This document shows, one piece after another, positions 30,600 to 39,903 of a DNA stretch of 64,000 nt. How positions within the stretch are numbered: position 1 is the stretch's first letter; every line of letters starts with the position of its first letter. The position numbers and the translations under genes were made by a program. Source of the DNA: Candidatus Latescibacterota bacterium (lineage in GTDB: Bacteria; Latescibacterota; UBA2968); the NCBI GenBank assembly GCA_965222605.1, contig OZ244960.1, positions 1,184,001 through 1,248,000 of the forward strand, written 5' to 3'. Below the pieces are notes generated by a model. The model was given only the letters and a program-made list of their open reading frames with translations, made no database searches and had not been told where the DNA came from.

Positions 30600-32555
30600 T
30601 TACTCGCTTCGCACCCATGCCTCGCCTGAAGATAGATCTCGTCCAAGCGTCCACGTTTTTTCAAATGCCTCAACAGTCAATTCAACGCGGTCATCCCCAG
30701 CGCGAAATACCTCGGACAATTCGGTTGCAACACCGGGAACATCTGTCCCGCGATAGGGCACCACCACAGTCAAAAATGCCATGGGCGCCTGCTCGTTCAG
30801 CGCGAAACGAAATGCCTTGCGCAGCATGCGAGAACCATAAGTCCATGCAAACCAGCCCTCTTCTTCTGCCATAGATACCGCGCAATTTGCCAGCACCAGC
30901 ACATTTGCATCGTCAAATTGCGTAAAAGCACGCCTTCCCGCCTCGTCAAATATCACATCGCCCGGCGCAAATTGGAAATGCAAATCCAGTTGACCGGGAA
31001 CATTGCCAATCGCTTCGTCCAAAAACGCGAAAAACTGCCGATTGACAAACCACACCGAACGGCGATGAATCAATCCCGGATACGATCCATTTTCCACGAC
31101 CAGCACATCGCTATCAGCCCCTTCCGACACCCACAATAAATGCCGCCCATCATCGGACGTATCACCGCCGTCCAATGTCAAAGTCTGATGCACCGTCGTT
31201 TGTCGGTGCCAGGCGCGGCCTTCTGCATCGTGACCATAAGTATAAAAACCCGTATCAGACATCAACCAGCGCCCGTAAGCGTACAATTCAAACGTCCCAT
31301 TATCCGGTTGATCGTGGCTCGAAATAGCGGGCGGCGAACAATGCAGCGCCATGTGAATCTGATCGGGTCCCCAATCGTCGCGCATCACATACAAACCCGC
31401 CTCTTGAAATGCACAACTCTTGTGATCGGGCAACAATTTCCTATCCAAAGTCGCCCGCGCAGCGTATTTGGGATCTCCCAGCAATGCTGTAGCCTCGATA
31501 AGTGAGTCATAAAGTCCCCACTTTGAACGATCATCCGTCTCCTTCAATGAACGCGACCCATCGCCAAACATCGGCGCACCCAAATCGGGTGACGCAATCC
31601 AAAAAATATAGTCGTACATCAACCGCACGCGCTCTCGAAACGCCTCTGGAATTTCAATGCCAAAAGTATCCATGCGGCCAAAAATTTCCACAGCATCCCG
31701 CAACACCCCTTGATGATATCCAAAAGACCACTCTCGCTGAACGCCATCTGTTGTTGTCTGCGCCAGAAAATTTTCTTCAACGCGTTCCAATGCCAATTCC
31801 ATCCATTCATGCGATTCTGCAAACTCGCGGAATGTATAGGAAATATTGATAAATCCCCGCTGTTCAAACACCGCCTTGTTGTGAATCAGGCCCATTGGAA
31901 TCAGCTTTGTCTTAACCTGATGGTCGTAAAGACTTGCCAGCAACAGACCGAGAAACTCGGGCGTAAATGCCTCGGCATGAACCAAACTGCGAAATGCCGA
32001 ACAGATATTCGTCGCCCGAATGCCCGTCTGAATATCCAGCCAGACAAACCCCTTCCAGTACGTATGAACGGGATGGGTTTTGGTGTGATTTTCCAGCGGA
32101 TGTTTTGAAATCCAATCGGTCGTCATCTCCACAAATGTTCGGGCGTATTTTTCATCGCGCGTCGCAGCATAAGCCTGTGCGAGCGGTGCAGCCCAATAAA
32201 AACGGTACACAGCCGCAACCCACTCAATATCGCCGCGAGGATCCCATTCCCAGTCAAAATCATCGCCATAACGCGCCTCTTCATAAGGCCCCCACTGAAT
32301 AATGCGCTGGCATATTTTGTCGGCTGTTGTAAAATCGCCTTCACCAGACGCCTCACCTATTGGATATTTCGCCCGATAATAATCGCGCAATGCTGCAAGC
32401 GCGCCACTTCGATCCCCAGCATCCGCAGCCCGTTTTGCCACCTCCAAACCCGTCAGGTCTAATTTTTCCAAAATCCGTCCAGAATCAAACGACTGCAGAG
32501 GCATCTCGTGATCAATTTGATCCGCCCCTTTGGGGTACTCCAGTACTGAACTCAT
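30600..32555 (-). CDS. heparinase II/III family polysaccharide lyase
   Basis: N-terminal helical region, DGVQREWSFGYH, SHDQPDNGTFEL, DTGFYTY, HQTLTLDG; start could be 32561 or 32570. Confidence 0.85.
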   Translation of the reverse strand: MSSVLEYPKGADQIDHEMPLQSFDSGRILEKLDLTGLEVAKRAADAGDRSGALAALRDYYRAKYPIGEASGEGDFTTADKICQRIIQWGPYEEARYGDDFDWEWDPRGDIEWVAAVYRFYWAAPLAQAYAATRDEKYARTFVEMTTDWISKHPLENHTKTHPVHTYWKGFVWLDIQTGIRATNICSAFRSLVHAEAFTPEFLGLLLASLYDHQVKTKLIPMGLIHNKAVFEQRGFINISYTFREFAESHEWMELALERVEENFLAQTTTDGVQREWSFGYHQGVLRDAVEIFGRMDTFGIEIPEAFRERVRLMYDYIFWIASPDLGAPMFGDGSRSLKETDDRSKWGLYDSLIEATALLGDPKYAARATLDRKLLPDHKSCAFQEAGLYVMRDDWGPDQIHMALHCSPPAISSHDQPDNGTFELYAYGRWLMSDTGFYTYGHDAEGRAWHRQTTVHQTLTLDGGDTSDDGRHLLWVSEGADSDVLVVENGSYPGLIHRRSVWFVNRQFFAFLDEAIGNVPGQLDLHFQFAPGDVIFDEAGRRAFTQFDDANVLVLANCAVSMAEEEGWFAWTYGSRMLRKAFRFALNEQAPMAFLTVVVPYRGTDVPGVATELSEVFRAGDDRVELTVEAFEKTWTLGRDLSSGEAWVRSE

Positions 32556-32599
32556 AGCCATGCTCTCCAATTACTTCACGTTGTGATAGTTTTTGTGAC

Positions 32600-34738
32600 T
32601 TATTTTTCGCTTCTAAACACCAGTTTTATCACCACACTTTGAAAAGGTTGCAATTTCATCGACACACCTTCATCCGTCAGCGCGATACCGGGGCGATCAG
32701 AATCCGAGCCATCAAAAAATTCATAAGTATCGTACGCGGGAACCCGATCTATACGCAATAGCAAAACATCTGGCAAGTGATGTATTGGACAAACAACTTC
32801 CCTGACAAAACGCGCATCCAAATTGTGAGCCACCAACAATCCCGAATGCCGGGTATAGCGCGTATAGGCAAAAACGCGGTCTTCAGAGTCGGTATTGCGG
32901 TGAAAATAAACATGCCCGGTTTGCAACTCAGGACGCTGGCTCACAAATTGACGCAAAGCCTCATAAGCGGCAACAAGCTGTGAATGGGGTTCTCGCTCTG
33001 CCCACTCTGGATGCAACAATGTGGATGCTTCAAAATCAGTGCGCGCCTCCTCGCCCCATTCTGAGCCCCACTCTAAAGCATACGCCAAATTCACATAATG
33101 CGCCGTACCCGCCGTCGCATTGATCAGCGAACACTGGATATTGCACAGCAATGCCAATGCCCGGGAATGATAGCGTTCTCGCCAAATTTTTGTCGCGCGC
33201 GGGCTATCGTGATTCTCAAAATAGGCCATCGCCACAGTGCGGGGGGCAAACGCGCCAGAAGTGCGCTCTAAAAAATCGGCATACTGATTTCCGTATTCAG
33301 CATCCCGATGAAAATCCACTAACAATGCGTAAATCATATCCACCGGAATATCCACTGCCTCACTTAACTCGCACAGAGTTTCGCCCAAAACGAGCGCATC
33401 GGGTTTAACCGCATTGATGCGATTTTTAATCTGCTTCAAAAATGGCCGATCCACAGTTTGGCTCGCGTCAATACGCACCCCATCCAGATCACAAGTACGC
33501 ATCCAAAAAGGCGCGATTCCCGACAAATAATTTTGCAAGGGCCTGTTAAAAGGCAAATCGAGCAACGCCACATCCGAATACACCAGCCAGGCAATCTGAT
33601 GAATTTTTGGCTGCCCCTGCTCATCCATCACATACCAGTCGGGATATTGTTCAATCAACGGACAATCTCGGCTGGTCTGCATCAATACCAGATCAAAAAT
33701 CACCTGCTTACCCAGTGCGTGTGCCCGCCGCGTTAGCGCGCGCAATTCCGCACGCCCAATCAACTGTATCAGCGTATCGCGCCCGACCCAATCAATCAGT
33801 TCTTTGAATGTGCGAAAATTGTTAAAATCATCGACCTTGCGCAACCTCGACAACTGTCGCTCGTGCAATAACATCTGCAAATCCAAATCGACAATCAGCC
33901 CATCCGACACCAGCGAAAGAAAATCCACTTCTTCTGGCGGCGTAACCAGATCGGGATCGATCCGATAAAAATCCCGCACGGCATAAACACTGCCCAACGC
34001 GCCTTTTCGCACATCCTGTCCCGTGTGCAAATCTCCAAATCCGAGTTCAAAAAACGGGAGCAAATACACCACATCTGTCTGCATCTCTTCAATACGCGAT
34101 GTCACATCGCAAAATGTACCACTCACAAATTGCCCATCTGCATCCAGACGCGCACCAACTTTTCGCACGCAGACTTCGGTAATTGAAAGACAATGGCGAA
34201 CCCGTTCGGGGCTGATCGCGATTACTCCATCTCGATTCAGTGCAATATCATTGACCGAGATCCACGCCTTTGAAGCATCCGACAGTGCCTTATCATCAGC
34301 CGAAAACTCGACCGTATAGTGAAAAACACCCGTCTGATCGATCTGAATCACATCCGATTCGAAAACCAGATTATTCCCCGAAAGAACGGGTTGCCCTCCC
34401 CCATCCACAATCATACGCATAGAAACATAAAAGCCTGTACCTGTGCGAAACTCACCCCGCTCATCTACAAAGCCGCGATCATTCACATCGGTCCACAAAC
34501 GAGCTTCTACATCGCCCGTGCGACAGGAGGCGAAATCGATATCCACAACAAATAACTCAGCTCGAACACGCGCTTCTACTGCACGATCAGGCATCATAAA
34601 TGCCCGACCCATCACTGTATCATATCGAATACCATCCAACTCAACCGTCAGATTACCGGCCCAGACATCTGCGTTGTCATACGCCTGAACAGCATATCGC
34701 TCGTGCAATTTGTATTTAAATTCTAAACGCTTATCCAC
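32600..34738 (-). CDS. GH13 alpha-amylase family protein
   Basis: VYLLPFF, GSVYAVRDF, GVRIDAS (nucleophile), LGETL (acid/base), ENHDS; GGGAGG RBS before GTG 34738. Confidence 0.8.
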   Translation of the reverse strand: MDKRLEFKYKLHERYAVQAYDNADVWAGNLTVELDGIRYDTVMGRAFMMPDRAVEARVRAELFVVDIDFASCRTGDVEARLWTDVNDRGFVDERGEFRTGTGFYVSMRMIVDGGGQPVLSGNNLVFESDVIQIDQTGVFHYTVEFSADDKALSDASKAWISVNDIALNRDGVIAISPERVRHCLSITEVCVRKVGARLDADGQFVSGTFCDVTSRIEEMQTDVVYLLPFFELGFGDLHTGQDVRKGALGSVYAVRDFYRIDPDLVTPPEEVDFLSLVSDGLIVDLDLQMLLHERQLSRLRKVDDFNNFRTFKELIDWVGRDTLIQLIGRAELRALTRRAHALGKQVIFDLVLMQTSRDCPLIEQYPDWYVMDEQGQPKIHQIAWLVYSDVALLDLPFNRPLQNYLSGIAPFWMRTCDLDGVRIDASQTVDRPFLKQIKNRINAVKPDALVLGETLCELSEAVDIPVDMIYALLVDFHRDAEYGNQYADFLERTSGAFAPRTVAMAYFENHDSPRATKIWRERYHSRALALLCNIQCSLINATAGTAHYVNLAYALEWGSEWGEEARTDFEASTLLHPEWAEREPHSQLVAAYEALRQFVSQRPELQTGHVYFHRNTDSEDRVFAYTRYTRHSGLLVAHNLDARFVREVVCPIHHLPDVLLLRIDRVPAYDTYEFFDGSDSDRPGIALTDEGVSMKLQPFQSVVIKLVFRSEK

Positions 34739-34856
34739 AGATCCTCCCGGTAAAACAACTGCGTTCTCGCATCCGGACAATATACGAAAGTTTATGGGGT
34801 AAATCTCAATAAACGTACTGATATGTAATACACATTTAACAGATAAGAAACGGTAA

Positions 34857-35264
<408 letters not shown>

Positions 35265-35289
35265 CACAATCACATATCAGGAGAATACA

Positions 35290-36612
35290 ATGATTAAACG
35301 CCATAACATCTTTACCCTGCTCATCGGCCTGGCATTGTTGCTGGCCTTGCCCAACATCGCTCTTGCCGACGAACTCAGCTCAGGCGACACAGCCTGGATG
35401 CTCACCTCAACTGCCCTGGTGCTATTTATGACCATACCCGGCCTCGCCCTCTTTTACGGCGGCCTCGTACGCACCAAAAATGTCCTGTCTGTTCTCATGC
35501 AGTGTTTCGCCCTCACAGCCATCATGACCCTTGTCTGGGTTATCATAGGCTATAGTCTCGCCTTCAACACCGATGGCATGGAAGCTGGCTCGACCAACAT
35601 AAACTCATTTATAGGTGGTTTAGGCACCATGTTCTTATCCGGTGTGACCGCCAGCAGCCTGTCTGGTACCATTCCAGAAACAGTTTTCATCACCTTCCAG
35701 ATGACCTTTGCCATTATCACCCCGGCCCTCATCGTCGGTGCTTTTGCAGAGCGCATGAAATTCTCGGCCATGATTCTATTTTCGATCCTCTGGTCCATGG
35801 TTGTCTATGCACCTATCTGCCACATGGCCTGGAGTGGTGACGGTTCTTTCTTTGGCGATATGGGCGTACTCGACTTTGCAGGTGGCACGGTTGTACACAT
35901 CAACGCGGGCGTCGCAGCCCTTGTCGCGTGCATTGTCATTGGCAAACGCCAGGGCTATCCCAACACGCTTATGGCCCCTCACAGCTTGACAATCACCGTT
36001 ATAGGTGCGTCTATGCTATGGGTCGGTTGGTTCGGCTTTAATGCCGGAAGTGCTGTTGCAGCCGATGGAGCCGCCGGTATGGCCATGCTCGTCACACAGG
36101 TAGCCACCGCATCTGCAACACTGGGCTGGATGGCCGCCGAATGGATCAGACTCGGCAAACCCAGTATCCTGGGTGCAGTCACAGGTGCTGTTGCCGGCCT
36201 CGTCGCCATCACCCCAGCTTCGGGCAGCGTAGGACCGATGGGCGCGATTGTCGTTGGCCTGGCCTCTGGCGTCCTCTGCTTCTGGGCCGCTACCAGTCTC
36301 AAGCGCGCATTGGGTTATGACGACTCCCTCGATGCTTTCGGTGTTCACGGCATAGGCGGTATTGTGGGTGCGCTCCTTACAGGCATCTTTGCCGCTGAAA
36401 GCCTCGGTGGACAAGGACTCAGCGCCGATTCTATCGGCGGACAATTCGTCGTACAGCTCATCGCCGTCGTCTTCACCATTGTCTATTGCGGTGTCTTATC
36501 CTTCATCTTGCTCAAAATCGTCGATGCCATTGTTGGCCTGCGTGTCTCGCAAGACGAAGAAACCGAAGGACTCGATATCTCACTCCACGACGAGCGAGGC
36601 TACAATTATTAA
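35290..36612 (+). CDS. amtB: ammonium transporter, copy 1
   Basis: PGLALFYGG, FQMTFAIIT, DFAGGTVVH, WFGFNAGS, DDSLDAFGVHG. Confidence 0.95.
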   Translation: MIKRHNIFTLLIGLALLLALPNIALADELSSGDTAWMLTSTALVLFMTIPGLALFYGGLVRTKNVLSVLMQCFALTAIMTLVWVIIGYSLAFNTDGMEAGSTNINSFIGGLGTMFLSGVTASSLSGTIPETVFITFQMTFAIITPALIVGAFAERMKFSAMILFSILWSMVVYAPICHMAWSGDGSFFGDMGVLDFAGGTVVHINAGVAALVACIVIGKRQGYPNTLMAPHSLTITVIGASMLWVGWFGFNAGSAVAADGAAGMAMLVTQVATASATLGWMAAEWIRLGKPSILGAVTGAVAGLVAITPASGSVGPMGAIVVGLASGVLCFWAATSLKRALGYDDSLDAFGVHGIGGIVGALLTGIFAAESLGGQGLSADSIGGQFVVQLIAVVFTIVYCGVLSFILLKIVDAIVGLRVSQDEETEGLDISLHDERGYNY

Positions 36613-36628
36613 AACTGTCAGCCAAACC

Positions 36629-36662
36629 AAAAGAGCGGGCACTATGTGTCCGCTCTTTTTTT
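36629..36662 (+). terminator. intrinsic terminator after amt 1
   Basis: aaaagagcgg-loop-ccgctcttttttt. Confidence 0.8.
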
Positions 36663-36864
36663 AAAAAGGTACACCTAAACCCTACCGTCAGGTATTTTGC
36701 ATAACAAAAAATGCCGTAGCCATTTCTATCCTCAAGCGCACTTCTCCACGAAGTGCGCTTTCTTTTTTTCTTTATATTCCCCAAATCGGGTTTTATAATA
36801 CACTTCTTCTGAAAAGGATCGAAAAGCGATCCCGACCACACACTTTATGAAGGAGGAGTTCAGT

Positions 36865-37203
36865 ATGAAACTCATCACAGCAGTCATCCAGCCCCACAAG
36901 CTGGACGATGTGCGTGCAGCACTCGGCGACATCGGCATCCAGGGCATGACCGTCACGGAAGCACGTGGCTTTGGACGCCAAAGAGGACACCGAGAAGTCT
37001 ATCGCGGTGCCGAATACATCGTCGATTTTCTACCCAAAGCCAAGCTGGAGATAGCCATCGATGACGATATGGTTGATCGCGCTATTGATGCGATAGAGCA
37101 TGCAGCCAAAACAGGCAACGTAGGGGATGGAAAAATTTTTGTTACAGATTTAGGACAAGCTGTTCGCATTCGAACGGGTGAAACCGGACCCGACGCACTT
37201 TAG
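36865..37203 (+). CDS. glnK: P-II nitrogen regulatory protein, copy 2
   Basis: Near-identical to copy 1, including the RBS ggaggagttcagtATG. Confidence 0.95.
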   Translation: MKLITAVIQPHKLDDVRAALGDIGIQGMTVTEARGFGRQRGHREVYRGAEYIVDFLPKAKLEIAIDDDMVDRAIDAIEHAAKTGNVGDGKIFVTDLGQAVRIRTGETGPDAL

Positions 37204-37232
37204 AACCACAAAATTTTGGAGGAAACACAAAC

Positions 37233-38555
37233 ATGAAACGCCACATTCCCATCTTTGCAAGCCTCATGCTCGTCTTAGGACTCCCAGACCTCGCGCTTGC
37301 CGATGGACACGAACTCAACGGCAGCGACACAGCCTGGCTACTCACCGCAACTGCCCTGGTGCTATTTATGACCATACCCGGCCTTGCCCTCTTTTACGGC
37401 GGCCTCGTACGCACCAAAAATGTCTTGTCTGTCCTCATGCAGTGCTTTGCACTCACCGCAGTCTTGAGCGTCGTCTGGGTCATCATCGGTTATAGTCTCG
37501 CCTTCAACACCAATGGCATGACAGCCGGCATGACCAACCTCAACTCCTTTATCGGTGGTCTGGGCACCGCGTTCTTATTCGGTGTGACAGCCGATAGCCT
37601 CTATAATACGATTCCGGAAACGGTCTTCATCACCTTTCAAATGACCTTCTTCATCATCACACCTGCGCTCATCGTCGGGGCTTTTGCCGAACGCATGAAA
37701 TTTTCAGCCGTACTCTTATTCTCCGTGCTCTGGGGCATTCTCGTTTACGCGCCTATCTGCCACATGACATGGGGCGGCGACGGTTCCCTCTTTGGCGACA
37801 TGGGCGTACTCGACTTTGCAGGTGGACTTGTTGTACACATCAACGCGGGTATCGCAGCACTTGTCGCGTGTATTGTCATTGGCAAACGCCAGGGCTATCC
37901 CGACGCACAAATTTTGCCCCACAGCCTCAGCCTTACGGTTGTTGGCGCGTCCATGCTGTGGGTCGGTTGGTTCGGCTTTAATGCCGGAAGTGCTGTCGCC
38001 GCCGACGGAGCCGCTGGCATGGCCATGCTCGTCACACAGATATCTGCCGCAGTCGCCACCTCCACCTGGATGTTTATCGAATGGATCAAAAACGGCAAAC
38101 CCAGTATCCTGGGTGCGGTCACAGGCACGATTGCCGGATTGGGTGCTATTACACCTGCTTCGGGCAGCGTAGGTCCCCTGGGGGCTATTGTCATCGGCCT
38201 TGCTGCCGGTGCTATTTGCTTTTGGGCATCCACGGTGCTCAAACGAAGATTGGGCTACGATGACTCCCTCGACGTCTTCGGCGTCCACGGCGTGGGCGGC
38301 ATTATTGGCACCTTGCTATGTGGTATTTTTGTCGCCAAAAGTTTGGGCGGCCAGGGATTGGCCGAAGGCATGACCATGGGCAGTCAATTTACCGCCCAAT
38401 TGACCGCGGTCATTATCACCATCGTCTATTGCGGCGTGGTATCCTTCATCCTGCTCAAAATTATCGACGCCACTGTTGGCCTGCGCGTCTCGCAAGAAGA
38501 AGAAACCCAGGGACTCGATATTGCCCTCCACGACGAGCGCGGCTACAATTATTAA
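37233..38555 (+). CDS. amtB: ammonium transporter, copy 2
   Basis: Same motifs as copy 1; variants FQMTFFIIT and DFAGGLVVH. Confidence 0.95.
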   Translation: MKRHIPIFASLMLVLGLPDLALADGHELNGSDTAWLLTATALVLFMTIPGLALFYGGLVRTKNVLSVLMQCFALTAVLSVVWVIIGYSLAFNTNGMTAGMTNLNSFIGGLGTAFLFGVTADSLYNTIPETVFITFQMTFFIITPALIVGAFAERMKFSAVLLFSVLWGILVYAPICHMTWGGDGSLFGDMGVLDFAGGLVVHINAGIAALVACIVIGKRQGYPDAQILPHSLSLTVVGASMLWVGWFGFNAGSAVAADGAAGMAMLVTQISAAVATSTWMFIEWIKNGKPSILGAVTGTIAGLGAITPASGSVGPLGAIVIGLAAGAICFWASTVLKRRLGYDDSLDVFGVHGVGGIIGTLLCGIFVAKSLGGQGLAEGMTMGSQFTAQLTAVIITIVYCGVVSFILLKIIDATVGLRVSQEEETQGLDIALHDERGYNY

Positions 38556-38577
38556 ACCTGCTTAACAAAGCGGATAT

Positions 38578-38610
38578 AAAAAAGCGGGCACATTGCACCC
38601 GCTTTTTTTA
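38578..38610 (+). terminator. intrinsic terminator after amt 2
   Basis: aaaaaagcggg-loop-cccgcttttttt. Confidence 0.8.
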
Positions 38611-38684
38611 TTGTTGCAATTTATTTAGACACCTTTATTTTTTCACCGACAACAGTCATAATCCACCCATAGAAAGGATTTAAA

Positions 38685-39644
38685 ATGAAAATTGTTTTAC
38701 ACCCCCCCGTTGATGAAGACCTTTGCCAACAAGTTAGAGACACGGCTCCCAATGCCGACGTTGTCATGGCAGATGACCAAAATATCATTGAAGCTGTCGC
38801 AGATGCCGAAATTATATTTGGAAATTTTTCATCTGAAATTGTCCGTGCAGCCCCCAATCTCAAATGGATTCAATCCACAAGTGCCGGCATGGACAAAGCC
38901 CTGATCCCAGAAATCGCCGACAGCGACATCACGATATGCAATGCCAGCGGTGTCCATGCCGTTCAGGTCGCCGAACACGCCTGGGCACTCACCACAGCCC
39001 TCACGCGCGGGCTACACGTTTCTTTTCGCCATCAACTCGACCATGCCTGGAATCGCCCACCACTCGCCGACTTATTGGAAGCCACCATTCTCATCGTCGG
39101 ATTTGGCGGCATTGGTCAATACTATGCACAACTCGCCCAGGGCTATGACGCGCGCCTGATTGCTCTGGATATCCAGGGCGGCGACAAACCCGATTATGTC
39201 GAAGCGATCTGGGACATGGATCGTTTGGATGAAGGTCTGCAAATAGCCGATGTCGTATTTATCGCCGTGCCGTACACACCCGAAACCGAAAAACTCATCA
39301 ATGCCCGCACCCTGAGCCTGATGAAAAACACCGCCTTTCTGGTCAACACCGCACGCGGTCCCATCGTCGATGAAGCCGCTTTGGCCGAGGGCCTCAAAAA
39401 CGGCGAAATCGCCGGCGCTGGCCTAGACGTGTTTGAAAAAGAACCCCTGTCTCCCGACAGCCCACTCTGGGACATGGAAAACGTCATTATCACCCCACAC
39501 GCTGCCGGCGGGTCTCCCAATCGACACAACCGAACCGTTGGATTCTTCTGCCAAAACCTGAAACGCTATCAGGCTGGCGAACCGCTCTTTAACGAAGTTG
39601 ACAAATCCCTCGGATATCCAAAACGGGAACGACGCGTCAAATGA
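38685..39644 (+). CDS. D-2-hydroxyacid dehydrogenase
   Basis: IVGFGGIG, LVNTARGPIVDE, AGLDVFEKEPL, ITPHAAG. Confidence 0.9.
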   Translation: MKIVLHPPVDEDLCQQVRDTAPNADVVMADDQNIIEAVADAEIIFGNFSSEIVRAAPNLKWIQSTSAGMDKALIPEIADSDITICNASGVHAVQVAEHAWALTTALTRGLHVSFRHQLDHAWNRPPLADLLEATILIVGFGGIGQYYAQLAQGYDARLIALDIQGGDKPDYVEAIWDMDRLDEGLQIADVVFIAVPYTPETEKLINARTLSLMKNTAFLVNTARGPIVDEAALAEGLKNGEIAGAGLDVFEKEPLSPDSPLWDMENVIITPHAAGGSPNRHNRTVGFFCQNLKRYQAGEPLFNEVDKSLGYPKRERRVK

Positions 39645-39663
39645 GTTAAGGGCTAGGGACTAA

Positions 39664-39891
39664 TTGCTCTGTCAAATAAGTTTCTTGTATTATATCACTC
39701 CTATCAACAGAGCCGTCATTGCGGCATGGTTTTAGCCGCCACGCCGCACGCGAAGCATGGCGTAAGCCCACGCGCAACGAAGTAATCCAGTAGTTTTGCC
39801 TGTCATCACGGCATGATGTTGAGCCGCCACGCGCAGCACAACGCCAGTAATTCAGTCTGAAAAATGTTAGCTAATTTTTTTGAAATACCAC
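39664..39891. mobile_element. non-autonomous MITE-like element with REP-like palindromes, degenerate copy
   Basis: Both ends resemble the reverse complement of 58605-58756; 25-nt identical core gtcattgcggcatggttttagccgc at 39715-39739. Confidence 0.65.
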
Positions 39892-39903
39892 TGAGGAAAT
39901 TGA

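Noticed and set aside
34820-34845. TnrA/GlnR or NtcA box upstream of glnK 1 (tgtaa...taaca)
   Set aside because: Spacing is 8 rather than 7, it does not fit GTA-N8-TAC, and the region is AT-rich so chance matches are likely
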